Position numbers and translations under genes: made by a program. The notes under the pieces were generated by a model. It was given only the letters and a program-made list of their open reading frames with translations, did no database searches and was not told the DNA's origin. A DNA stretch of 61,423 nt, counting the filler, from Jimgerdemannia flammicorona (lineage: Eukaryota), in the NCBI GenBank assembly GCA_003990765.1. It is 3 parts of 3 records of this genome, joined end to end, with 100 filler letters (N's around TTAATTAATTAA, not from the genome) between each part and the next. Parts side by side here need not be neighbours in the genome. Positions count along the whole stretch, not along the records: positions 41,022 to 61,423 come from RBNJ01001692.1; 2 more parts are not named here. One strand, 5' to 3'. Below are positions 46,716-59,646 of the stretch, one piece after another. Position 1 is the stretch's first letter. Each line of letters opens with the position of its first letter.

Positions 46716-49489
46716 TTTTTGTGGTAAGTGTTTGAGTGGACTTGTACCAATGTATTCGAATGAGGGTAAAAAAAGAGGTCTGCTTTTAAACGCGGGGCAC
46801 TCACGTGAGGCAAGACGCCGTTTGCCTCAGATTTTTTTTTTTTGCCATGATTGGCGTATTTCAACATCAGCCCAGTCTAGCTAGTGTCTTTTCCGGTGAT
46901 GATGGCCTAATGGCATCATTGAGACAAGAGACCAAGACATATCAAATATATCTGTTGACGCTGCGCCGACATGCAAAAAAGACGGATCATCACAATGACC
47001 TCATTTTCACAGGCCTTCCATCCATCACTCCCTTTACCACCCAAACATATAGTGGATGCCTCCTTACTGCTTTCTCCTCTACCCTCCGTCGAAATATATC
47101 ACGAGGGTGATGCACGTGACCTTATATCACCCGCTCGCAACCGGTGAACTGGCTTGAAGGATATCATACATTTTTTTCTTTTTTTCCCTACATAATTAGG
47201 CTGCTTGTAACCTTTCGGGTGAATGGAATATTGTTATCTCAAGCGAATGCCAGTAGATGCGGGAGGAAAACACGAACGATTCCATTTTTTATAGATGCAG
47301 ACTGCTCAGAGGTGACTTCTGTTTAAGTAATTCTGCCTCCAATAGATTCGCCACTATATTTATGCCACATCAGAGCCATCTCATTATCCGTCAATGTCTT
47401 CAAAAAATTTAATGATTTATTTGATTTATGATCACTCTGAAATATCTCTTTGAATGTTTGAACATTATATATATAACAGTTGATACTCTGATAAATATAT
47501 TAATTAATTCATAATATATTATCAATTTTTTGAGATTTACTCTCTTTAGTGTTCTTTATTAAAATAAATACAATTATATATATAGTTAACAGATATATTA
47601 GAGACCATTTATTTTTGGTCTGAACTATAGTTTAATTTAATAATGTTTAAATAATACAATAAAGCTTATAATATAAATAAATATATTTATCTGTATATTT
47701 ATAATATAATAATATTAAATAGTCACAGTGATTTTAGGAATATTTACTTTAATATTATATCCAGAGCAAGTTTGAATAACCTTCTCTGTTTCTTCTTGAA
47801 ATACTCTATTGTAGGCATTCAAAAAGACAAAACACGGGGTTCTGCTTGTTATAACATGAACTGCAGAAATCAAAATCCGCGCAGGTTGTGCACTTGTATC
47901 GTTTTCCAGTTATAGGGTTCATCTAACCATCGCAAAAAAATCTACAGTGGATCGGTTATTTAACTACCAGCTGCAGTGGTGTACGGCCATTATTGTCCTA
48001 GTAGCAACCACTTTGATGTTCCCGTTCCGCGGGGGCATACAACCCTCTCCATTTATACTGCTTGCATCTGCATCAAACTCTCTTTCGCAAGCACCTTTAC
48101 CGGTTTGACGCATCCGTATTTGTGTATCCAGTATCCAACCTAAACCCTGCATGTTCACACGAATCCACAATCGGAAGGAACCTCAACAAGGGCGTCGGGA
48201 TCGGCGGACGCTAACGCTAAGGACAACGGATGAACGCCGCCACACCAGGCTATGAAGTCCAAGTCATGAGGTTGCTCCTGGCCGAGTTCTGGAATCAGAA
48301 CGGCGAGAAAACTGCTGAGCTACACTGCATATAATTAGTTAATTGGAGGTAGCCAAGGTGCTCGCTAAGTTGTCCCACGCGTACTCCCATTGAGGTCACA
48401 ACTCGCTTTGTTTCCAATTGCAATCTGAATTCCTCGCATATCCTGCTGATCCTTAACCCAGATCGGCTAGCCAGTTATCGAACGCGCATCGGTTACTCGA
48501 ATAATCTTCTGCTATTCGCGAGGTGGCTTTATTTTTTCTATAAAAATATACCATATCCGAAAACGTATGGTTGATATCAAACAGTGGGTTTCCTATGGTC
48601 CCGGAAAATGTGATATCACTGGGGAGTATGTCTGACAGATGGGCATATATAGCTCAATAGCTTAATAGCTTATGGTTGTTGAATAATGTAGTTCTCCTAC
48701 ATCGAAGTCCAAGAAGCCTCACTCGGTCAATGCCTAGACATGACCAATTTCGAGCTAAGTATAGGCCCGCGAAAGGTCAATCCTTGCATAGGAGACCCGT
48801 CTATCTAGGTTAACAAGGGAGGGAGAAAAGAAACTCAAGAGTGGAGCGTAGCGCGAAGAGAATAACGCGATAATTTGACACGTGATCTTACTCGAGACGA
48901 TTTTAGGGCGACCAAACCCTGGTAGAATACGAAACCTTTTTCCTTCCTGTCGCATTCACTTCCGGAACGACCAGGATGCCAAACACAAGGAAAAAACCCA
49001 AAGACGAGAAATCCAAACTCCAGGCGAACGTCGCGGCCACTTGCAGAACGACAAAGAGCAACACCCAAGGCAATAAACACAAACTAATTCTCGCGTCGAC
49101 TTCCAAATCGACCAAGCTTCCAAAAACCGTATACAAACGCAAAGGGAAAGCGCGCGAGGTGAGAATCCTATGCTTGTTGTCGGTACCTATCCTGCCGAGG
49201 GTTCTGTACTTGCTGTTCTCACTCTCCATAACAAATGCATTGCTCTGTCATGGCTGCATAGGCGTCCGTAACAATAGGCCTTACACCGCAAGGTACGGTA
49301 CGGTTGCGACGTTGTAGCTGGGGTATTTATACATTTGTTGATTAACTAATACTTGTTGTATTTGACAGGTTATATCTGTTTGGTCTGGATGTGTCCTGTC
49401 CAAAAGGTCAGTCATGTTATCTATGTAATGGTTTGGATGTATCCTATCTATAGTCTAGATATATCTCATCCAAACACCAATCACAATGG

Positions 49490-49587
49490 ATTAAGGGTTG
49501 GGGCTACCGGTGTGGTATGAGGACCGAGTGTTTGTTATAGATTAGTTAATAAAGGGGCCTCGTGCCCGTAAAAGGAAAAAAAAAAAA
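49490..49587 (+). mobile_element. Probable short 3' end of a related LINE
   Basis: G-rich tail, tagattagttAATAAA, 4-bp stem-loop and A-run, arranged like the L1 family 3' end. No clear TSD. Confidence 0.4.
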
Positions 49588-50219
49588 GTAATACTTACAT
49601 TCACTGATGTGGTTTGTTGTTCAGGGTATTTGATATTGTTATTTTCTCATTATGTTTATCTTTCTGTTATTTATATATTACTTGTTTATAATATTATTTA
49701 TTAATTATATAATTATTATTTATCTAAAGTTATTTATAATATATATAATTTTTATTATATCTTACAATAGTTTTTATAGATTAATCTATATAACTAGATT
49801 CTAAATATATTATAATATATAATATATATCTTGTTTGCAGAATGCACTGCTTAATATACCACTTGGTTATCTTATATACTATTTATCTTTTTATCTGATA
49901 ATGTTCTGGCTCAATGTTCAGTTCAATTGCTGTTCAATTTGTTCATATTTCTTATTTATGTTAAGTTAAAGTTTGCATATCATTGAAGTTTACATATTAT
50001 GAGTCATTGGTCATGTGACTAGATATTTGGAATAGCAGAAGATAAAAGTACATATGTTGCAGATCTATGCTGATGGTTATCCTGGTGTTCTTGGTGAATT
50101 TTATGTAGTCTGAGGTCTTATATCCAATTTCCATAGTAGTAGTTCTTAACTAATTAACTTGTATCTTTTTGTGATAATTTTTTGAGTTTTATAATGATTT
50201 TTATATCAATTTCTAAGAT

Positions 50220-53200
50220 GGTAAGAGTAATTTCTTAACTCTCAGAGGTAGTATATTTCTCTATAAATTCTTTTTAATTCAAACTATCTGATTAAGATTT
50301 ATTCACTCTTATCTTTAGGGGTATTTATATATATTTCTGCTATACTCTAGTGATAAGATCTAGATATACTATTGGTTTGCCAGTAGCAGTATATCAGTAG
50401 AAAAGACTATACTAATAGAGTAAGGTTAGAATACTCTTGTTCTATACTACTGATAAAGAATATTGATCTCTATCTTAAAAGGTATGATATCCTTTACTAG
50501 TGGCAAGTAAATTACCTTGTTGGATTATGACTTCATCATATTACTCTTTAAAGAGAAGAAATACTGGCCAAGAGATAAGAGGATAGAATAGTGGCCAATC
50601 ATCTTCAATGATATTTTCTAACCTTTATATAGCTTGAAGGTAGACTGAAAACTAGTAGATTCTTTGTTATTCTTTTTCTTGGAATTTATCAGTTTGAGCA
50701 TCTTGAGGTACTATAGTAGTTTTGATAGCAGAGTCTTAGTGTTTTTCTTCTTCTTAAACAAGAGCTTCTGGGACTTCTTAGTTTGGTTCTCATACAATGT
50801 GATGTGATATATAACTGATGGAGTAGTGGATAGTTATAGTAGCTCTTGTAGATATTTCAACAGTAATGAGTGGTCCTTCAAAGATTTTTATAAGACTTAT
50901 TAGATAGTTTTAATAGTTGTCTTAGAGAGAGATAGTATAGAAGCCTGATAGAGTGAGTTTAGTTTGTTGACTTCCTATAGTAACATGTTTACTTCTGATA
51001 TAATTGGTAACTTTAGCTTCTACTCAATTGACTTCTTTAGTGGTGAGATAAACTATATTCCTAGTAGTAACTCTTTGTAAGTGAACTATAGCTCAGAGTA
51101 TATAGTGGAATATTTAGTAGATACATATAAAGAGCTCTCTTAATTAGCTAATTAGTGGTTAATAGTTTGGTAATAAGGTCTTTTCAGTTGTCTTCTTGGG
51201 CTTCATTGTAGAGGTAGTGTCTAATTTCATAGTTATACTAGAGAGTCATTCAGTTAGTAGTACTCTTGAGCTACTAAGTCATTATATAGCAGTAGTTGAT
51301 AAAATATCCAAGGTCTTTAGTATAGAAGTTCAGATACTCAGTAATATCAGGGTACTAGATAGTCATTTGGATGACTTCAAGAATAAGACTCTTTAGACTT
51401 GGCAAAGAAGTACTGTAGTAGAAAGTCTGATTAGAGTAGTAAGAAAGAGGCATTATATTCTTATTTGTTCTGATTCTTCTTGACATACTGGGTCTAGGTT
51501 CTTTAAATAATATAGTCTTTATTTTAACTCAGATTATCATTACTCCTTTTGGTCAGATACATATATAATCTGATAGATTGAGTGGGTCATTAGATAGTAT
51601 TATCTGATTATTATATCATAAGATTAGGATTATTATCTAATTAAGATAATCACAAGATCTGTCATTATTGCTTCTTTATTCTAGTATTATTAGTTATATA
51701 TATATATCACATCTACTTCTTGCAAAATTAGAGTCATTTTTAATGATGATAATTATATAGGATTGAGTGGTCTTAACTCTAGAGATAAGTAGAATATTAG
51801 TATATTTGTGAGGACTGGTCATTTTTATCTAGGGTGAGAGCTCTCATTATTATAGCTAGGGGTTTGAACCTCTCAGAAATGATACTTTCTATAATTTGAG
51901 ACAATTTTTAATAGTAATATCTATTATATAAATAAGCTTGAGAATAGTTTCAATAGTGTTGACTTCTTGAGTTCTAGATGAAGTATCTGTCATTCTCCAA
52001 TAGAGGTAATATAGATAAAGTAAACAGAGTTGTTCAAATGTGTTTTGCTTTTCTTAGATAGTAGAGTCTTATATAGTTGTGGTATATCTTAGTCTTGAGT
52101 AAAAGTCTATCCATAGTCTTGAGCTGGTAGGTGTGATCTGTAAATACTTAGTATATGAGATAAGGTTCTTCCCATTTTGGTTTAAGTTTAGCACTCCAGT
52201 TTCCTTTTATAATAGTATGATATACTAAGACTTATTATTTAATAATCAAGAGTTCAAGATTGACTTTGTAGTCATAGTGCTTCTTTTGTCATTCTTGTAC
52301 TTTGACAATAAATTCTCATGTCTGCTAGCATACTTTATATAACTGAGTGATCTCTTCAGTAACTCATTTTGTCAAATTTAGCTGAATTGGTTCAGTGGAG
52401 TTCTATACTTCTTAGCTATACATATATCAGATAGAAAGAGGTTTATTGAGTAGTAGTTGCCTTTGAAGTTCAAATACTAAATAAGATTGCTAGATAATAG
52501 ATATCTCAGTTAAGTTGATCTTAGATTCTACTGAGATCTTGCTTAATGGTCTGGTTTATTTGCTTAGTAAGTCTATTTACTTGAGGGTGGTAAGCTGTTA
52601 TTAGCTATAGCTTGATCTTGAAGTTACTTATAAAGGTTTTCATAGCTTTGTTGATAAATTCCTGATCTTGATCTGTAATAATTTCCTTGAGAACACTATG
52701 ATGGCTAAAAATTTTATCATACAGGATTCCAATAATTGTCTGTGCATCAGTAGTCTCAATAGTAAAGACTTTAGGCTATTTTGTCAGATGATTTTCAATG
52801 GTGAGAATATAGTATCTTTCTTGGCTAGTTACTGGAAGAGACTCAATAATATCTATTCTTAATCTTTAAAAGGCTTCAGCTGATACTGTGATCAGTATTA
52901 GAGGTGCTTTGTTACTTAGCTTTTATCAGTATCTTTAATAAATATCATATTGTTAAATGTGTATTGAAATTTTTTTTCTCATTTTGGGCCACCAGTATTG
53001 TTTTTTAATTCTTACAATAGTGGTACCAATTCCTTAATGTATATTCTGATTATAGTTTGTTATCAGGATCTTAGGTATTTCTTCTTCTCTTGAGATATAG
53101 ATATACTAATCTCCTTTTATTCTTCAAAGTTTGCCATCACTTTTCTGAAATTTTTTTAAGTTTCTTTAGATAAATAGCTTGTAGGCTAGCTGAATTCCTT

Positions 53201-54586
53201 TCTTGAAGCTCTTATGGTACAGACTCCAGGTGAGGGTGAGGCATAATTCTTGATTTATTTGAGAGAGTAGGAAGTAGTCTTTTCTTGTAAGGACTCTTTT
53301 CCTTCTTATTGATTCTGTGGAATTCTTGACAGGGTATTGATATTGGAATTCTTAGTATCTTTCTTATAGATAATAGTGAACTGATATTCTTATAAGGATA
53401 TGATCTATCTAGTAAAGATTTCTGAAGATTCTGGCTTATTGAATAATTATTATAGAGCTTGATGGTCTGTGATGAGAGTAAATCTCTTTCTCAGAAAATA
53501 GTATTGAAAATTGTCTACTATCTATACTACTGCTAGACATTCCAACTTGATAGCTCCATAGTTTGCTTGCAATTCATTTGTAGCTTTGCTAGTATATTTG
53601 ATAATATACTCGTTATTTTAGTCATCTTGCTGGGACAGAATTGATCTAAGTCCTAGAGCTGAGGCATTAATTGCCAGAATAAATAGCTTGTTGAAGTTTG
53701 ATCAAGCCAAAACAGGTACTTTAGTAAGAGCCTTCTTAAGTAGATCAAATGACTTCTGTTAGTCTTCCTTCTAGTAGAATAGTTGGTCTTTCTTGGTAAT
53801 ATCTTATAGTAGTACAGCTTTGTCAGAAAATTTTAGAATAAATTATCAATAGTAAGATACTAATATGAAGAAGGATAGAGTCTCCTTTGCTGAGATTAGT
53901 GTTGGATAGTTCTTGACTTTCTCTATCTTATAAGAATAGTATGAGTTCTTTGGGCTAAGATAACATATCTTAGATATTTGACTTAGTGTTTTCTGAAGAA
54001 GTATTTCTTGGTATTGAGTCTAAGTTCTGATTTTTAAATAGTATCAAATACTTCATAGAGATCTTGCAGGTATTATTTGAATATTTCAGAGTAGATAATT
54101 ATGTCATCTATATATACTAGTATATTTCTTCCAATAAGATCTCAGTAGACATAGTTCATCATTTGTTAGAATAAGGTTGATATATTGCAAAGTTTAAATA
54201 GTATACAAAGATATTCATACTGTCTTTATCTAGTAATAAAAGCTGTCTTGCAGATGTCATTTTTAGCAATAGATATTACTTGAAATTCTTGAAATTGATC
54301 TGTAGTAGTTATATACTTGGCTTTTTCAAGAGTATTGAGGAGGTCATTAATTCTTAGTAATAGATAGACATTCTCTATAGTGATCTTATTAAGTTTCCTG
54401 AAGTCTATAACTAGTCTCTATCCTCCTTTCTTTGGTACTATGATTGCTAGTAAAGCCCAAGAGCTTAATGAGGGTCTGATAACTCTATTTTATAATATTT
54501 CTTTTATATATTGTTATTCAAACTCAATCAGGTGGTATAGTGTTCAGTATAGATATTGTTGGATTGGTTTTGTATCTTCTATATAT
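50220..54586 (-). mobile_element. Heavily decayed Ty3/Gypsy element D (RT-RH-IN-accessory ORF-3' LTR remnant)
   Basis: RT (KPIQQ..Y, LVYIDDIIIYS at ~54090-54125); RH (FILAINASALGL, KLECLAV, ITDHQAL); IN core (TAYHPQVN). TATAAATACCC/AATAAA LTR-like block at ~50295-50330. 3' boundary approximate. Confidence 0.85.
50400..51453 (-). pseudogene. Accessory ORF of element D
   Basis: MPLSYY...YLNFYTKDLGYFINYCY...YEIRHYLY...IY*IFH...IVHLQRVTT...EVN*VEAKV...L*DNY*NYLISLIKIFEGPLI. Many TAA/TAG stops and one frameshift; the end is approximate. Confidence 0.75.
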
Positions 54587-56122
54587 TGTAACAGTGACCC
54601 CAGAATGATGACATCAGCACAGGAGATAGTCTTTCCTTGCAAGCCACCAGATCAGAGCACAAGAAGATCATATGGCATATGAGATGAGCAATGATGACTA
54701 ACTGTGAGTCATTGTGACCACAGTACAAGCATCCTGAAGAATATAAAAGAAAGATCAAGGAACTATGGTAGCAGTAACCAACAAGACCCACCAATCCCAA
54801 AATAGCTCAAAGACTTACTACAAATGAAATGCCTGCTGCCCACCAAACCTCAAGGTCAAAGAACCACCAAGGCACTTTGGTTGAAGAAAGGATATTCCAA
54901 GACATCAGAAAAGCCATGAGAACTCACTCAAGAAGGACTCCTAGTATCAACCTGGGTACTGCAGACTCTTATCACTTTATTCTCTACTGTTGTAAAATGG
55001 AAACAAGGATCACTATTGCTACTGAATGCCTCTAAATGTGGCAGGAGTATGAAATAGGAAACCTCCTCTGCCAGGAGTTCCCACAGGCCAGCCCTCAAGA
55101 GCTACAAGATACTACTCCCATAGATATATGCGAGACAAGAACAGCTAAGAAGATCTATCAGATCTTCAGGCATGTATCATAGTCGATTCCCAACTTAGAG
55201 TATATTAGAGTCTCAGACTTCAGAGACCTATCATCTCACCATATCAATACACTAGAAGCCAGAGTGGCTACAGAAGCCCAGTCCACTATCACCCTCAATA
55301 GTGATGAAGTAGAAGACTTCTGGTACCCCATTCTTCAGAACAACCCAGACCAATTCCTGTAAGGATTGATCTCAGTATTCCAAGGCCCAAGCATCCAGGT
55401 TAGACCTCTCCAAGACCTCACATTTGTCTCTTATTTTGTAGAAGAGAACCTCATAGACTAGAGAGCTCCAGATCTTGTTCCCAATTTCTCTACCGAACAT
55501 AATGACATCATTGGTGATGATATCATCCTGCATGACATTGACATATATAAAGCACACAAATCATACAATGATAAATTTGTGAATCTCATCTCCTTCAGTG
55601 ATAATGATAATGATGAAGCCCCCATGATCCTAAACTTTCTGCTCTAAGTTCTTTATTACACTAAATAATGCCAGCACCAGTATTTTGATATAACACTGGA
55701 TAATATCAATACTGGCATTCTGAGGTGACATGAAATCATTCCAGCACCAGTATTCTGATGTGATACTAAATTATACCAGCATCCTGAACCTGTACAACCA
55801 TCAGTGCTGACCCTGAAACTTAGTAGTTTTAGTTATTAGAATTTATATTTAGCTTTATATCTTAGCAACTATTGAAATATATTTTATATAAATACCCCTC
55901 TTATTTCCTCTGAAATAAAGTTAGTCAAGTTCACTTACACACACTTCCTTGCAAGCCATCTAAGAGATAACAAGATAGTTAAAGATAAGAAGTTTGAGGA
56001 CTATAAGACCTTGGGAAGGCACTTCAATAAGAACTTGCTTATAACAAACTTGAGTTAGTCTAAGAGATATATCTTGAAGAGAATCTGGTATATTTGAAGG
56101 ACTCAGCGACTACTATGTGACA
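54587..56122 (+). repeat. 5' LTR of element C
   Basis: Direct repeat of 59647-61189 and 15383-17294. Confidence 0.95.
54829..55647 (+). pseudogene. LTR-embedded accessory ORF (272 aa) in 5' LTR of C
   Basis: Single 819-nt frame with stops only at positions that are Q or W in sister copies. TATAAAAG lies ~85 nt upstream. Confidence 0.8.
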
Positions 56123-56244
56123 ACTTGGTACTCATTGGCTGATGATTCAAGATGAATCCCTCACTTTCAAGCTAAAAAATGAACAACTTCTACAATAACT
56201 ACCCTAACTACAAGAGTCACCCCTGTAAGAATTCAAGATAAAAT

Positions 56245-58140
56245 GGAAATGTGCCCCCCACATTTTATGGATATACTACTGAAGAGTCAATCCTGACCTT
56301 CATTGAAGACTTTGAACAATTCACCACCATACAAGTCCTTGGTGTAGATGCTCAATTGGCCCTTCTATCAGTCAGCCTCAGAGGACCTGTCAGAGACAAG
56401 TTCAATATAGCCACCATTGCTGATGCTAGTGCAGTCAAACTTGCCAACATGAAGGTCTTTCTCAGAACAACATATTATACTGAAGAGATCAAGCAAGCTC
56501 TCAAGGATCAACTCAATACTATCTGCTAGGGAATTAGTGAAGATCCCAACTCATTCTATACCTGAATCTACCACCAGATTGTCTTGGCTAGCTATGATGA
56601 CCACCTCAAGGAACAAATAGCGGATTCAGCTTTCCTCAAAGGAGTTCACTCTGAAATTGCCCTAGCAATCTGGTCTACCCCAGCTGCACTGACCCTTGAT
56701 CAGAAAGTGGTCTTTGTACAGAGATATTAGACTGCTAGATACCCTACCAAACACTCAATAGAGAAAATAACTGGCATCAAGATGGAGCCATCAAAGCCAA
56801 CTAGTATCATACCCACCATAGTTGTAAACAGACAACCAACCCCACCTACCCCCAAGACAGCCAAAGCTGACCCAGTGGAAGAACTTGCCAAGTAGTTCAC
56901 TGAGATAACTGCACACCTTGGTGATGTTGTTAGAGAAGTCTGAAGTACCAACAGGAGACCAGTGCAGAGATTTGCAGCTACTATAGAAGAATACAATATC
57001 ACATACTTCAGATGTGGAGAAGAAGGCCACTATGCAAAGAGTTGTATAACTGAAATAAGACACAAAGCCCAACCAAGTAATGCTAGCAAAACCAGAGAAC
57101 AAACCAATGCAGTAGTCATCGAGGAGATTGGTGATATTGATGATGAAGAATACTATGAGGAGCTTGAATTCTACCCTGCTACTGAAGGTACCAGAACCTG
57201 GTCTAAGCTCTATGACAAGAAGAGCAACAGTAAGCCAGTTGGAAGACCAAAGAAGATCCCAGCTGTCACTATTTAAAGCAAGACCCAACCTAAGAAGATT
57301 GATCAAGATATAGAGTTAGATGAAGCTGCCTACTAAATCATTGAAGATACTACTCCAGTCTCAGAAGAAAGTGAAAGCAAGAAGGAACAGAAGCTGTACA
57401 AGACTAAGATCCACCAGTATGATATCTACAAGAACCTCAAGGAATAGAAGGTCAATGCTACTTTTGGACAACTAGCCAAAGTCTCTGCCTTTAGACAGCA
57501 GTTGAGAGTAGAACTTGCAACTACTGCCAAGAATCAAGAGTACAAGATTGTAGAAGCTCACAATGCATAAGAAGAATCTGAGAACTCAGGTGAAGAATCC
57601 GAAGACCAGTGCAAGACATCAGCCTATACCCCATGTCAGATCGAAGACTGTATCTTTGATGCTATCATTGATACTAGTGCTGGAGGATACCTCATGAGCA
57701 AGAAGGCAATTTACTGCCTAGATTAGAACATTGAAGAGTCTACTAAGATGGTCTATATTATAGCAGATAGTATATGAGCTACCTCCCTTGGCAAAATCTG
57801 AGAAGTTCCCATCAAGATAGGAGGAGCTACTATCCCAGTAGACATAATTGTTATAAGCGCCACCAACTATGATATCCTCATTGGCAACCAATGGCTTCAC
57901 AAGACCAAGGCCATCATTGATCTCAATGCCCAGAAGATACAGATCAACTATAGAGGAAGAAAGGTATGAGTCTCTATCAATGTCCACAAAGGAGTTCTAC
58001 CAGACATGGAGAAAGGAGATGAAGAAGACACAGAGGTCTTCATGCACTTGATGAACAAAAACAAAAGCAAGATACCTAAGCTCACAGATGAGCAGTGGTA
58101 CAATAAGATCATCGATGGCTATGCCCCTCAAGGAAGATGC
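56245..58140 (+). pseudogene. gag: gag-protease of element C
   Basis: PPTFYGYTTEESILTFIEDFE capsid-like start; YFRCGEEGHYAKSC knuckle; AIIDTSAGGYLMS and DILIGNQWL protease motifs. Confidence 0.85.
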
Positions 58141-58144
58141 CCAA

Positions 58145-59330
58145 CCACCTCAAACCCTGAACAATCACTATCATCAACTGGACTTAGAAACAGTTTGAAC
58201 TAGACAACACTATACTCAGAAAAGGAGAAAAGCTAGTAATACCTGAATATAAGAAGTATCAAGTAATGAAGGAAGTATATGAGCAAGGACACTTAGGAGG
58301 AACCAACACATATGACAAGATAAGAAGAACCATATGGTGGCCCAAGATGGAAGAAGACCTGCACCAATTTGTCAAAGGGTGTGACAAGTGCCAAAAACAG
58401 AAACAAGATCAGCAAGACCAGGTACCCAGGTCATCAAGAATTGAGCCTATCCCCTTCTACCACATCACAATGGATATTATTGGACTGCTATCAGTAACAC
58501 TATCAGGAAACTGCTATATTATAGTTATTGTAGACCTCTTTACCAAATAGATAGAGGCAGAAGCATTACAAGAAGCCAATGCCCTCTCTATAGCCGACTT
58601 CCTGTACCAAGAAATCATCTGCCGCTACAAGACACTAAAGCAAATTACAACAGATCACAGTATGGAATTTGTCAATGAATTCTATAAGATAATGTATCAG
58701 AAATACAAGATCCAGCACATCAAGACCACCACGTACCACTCTTAAGGAAATGGACAGATAGAGAGAACCAATACGACTCTCAAGAACATCCTAGTAAAGA
58801 TCTCAGAGACATATGAGAATTGGGATAACTATCTCCCAACTGCCCTCTCTGTCCTATGAGATATATGGTCACAGAGCACACACTTTACCCCAAGGGAGCT
58901 GCTCTTCAGAGAAGAAGATTCTGATGAAACCTCAGCTACAAATCTAGACCTAACTTGGAGATAGGTTGATGCAGAAATCTGGGGACTATACCAAATCAGA
59001 AAGAAGGCTGAAGATTATATCACCAAGTCATAAGCACTAACAAGGAAGAATGTAGAAAAGAATCACAAGGCCCTAGAACTCATCTGAATTGAAGAAAAGA
59101 TTCTACTGTATCAAAATATGGTAGAAGCCTTATAGTCACAAAAACTGGAGCCCAAATAGGAAGGACTCTTCTATGTGTAAGATATCAAGAGAACTACCTT
59201 CTGGCTTAGAAAAATCTCAGAGACCATACTGTCTACCACAGTACATAGGAACAGACTCAAGAAGTACCACAAACCTATACAAGAGAAGCAAAATATGATG
59301 ACCACCCATGAGGTTTTAGTCTGTGAATCA
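58145..59330 (+). pseudogene. Integrase of element C
   Basis: GHLGG...WWPKM...CDKCQ; MDIIG; VDLFTK; TTDH; GNGQIER; KLEPK*EGLFY (GPY/F module). No chromodomain seen. Confidence 0.9.
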
Positions 59331-59646
59331 TAACAGTATGTTCTGTGACCAGTAGGCTATCTGTCTGGACCATTCTCTAAGGAATATAGTACTGGCAACT
59401 ACTCATCTATGAGACTTTTGAAGTCAGAGGAGTTCAAACCATCAACTGATTAGTCAAGATCAGAATCAGGCCCTTGCTCTATATAAAGGGAGTGACCCTT
59501 CACCATCATACCAAAATACAAAGGGAAGATACCAGCCCATAAACACTACTTTTTGATCCCTTGCCAGAGGTTATAGGATCAGCAAATTTTTCAGAACTGG
59601 ACCAATGAATAAGGATGCTCAGAAAGATCCTTATTTAGGAGGAAGA

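Noticed and set aside
48130..49330. Telomerase RNA, RNase P/MRP RNA or riboswitch
   Set aside because: No 1.5-repeat CTAACCCTAA template and no complete conserved P4/TPP motifs could be found by eye.
54579..54586. 8-bp direct repeat CTATATAT flanking element C (also 61190-61197) as an unusually long TSD
   Set aside because: Low complexity. Gypsy TSDs are typically 4-6 bp, and the right flank does not convincingly continue element D's pol.
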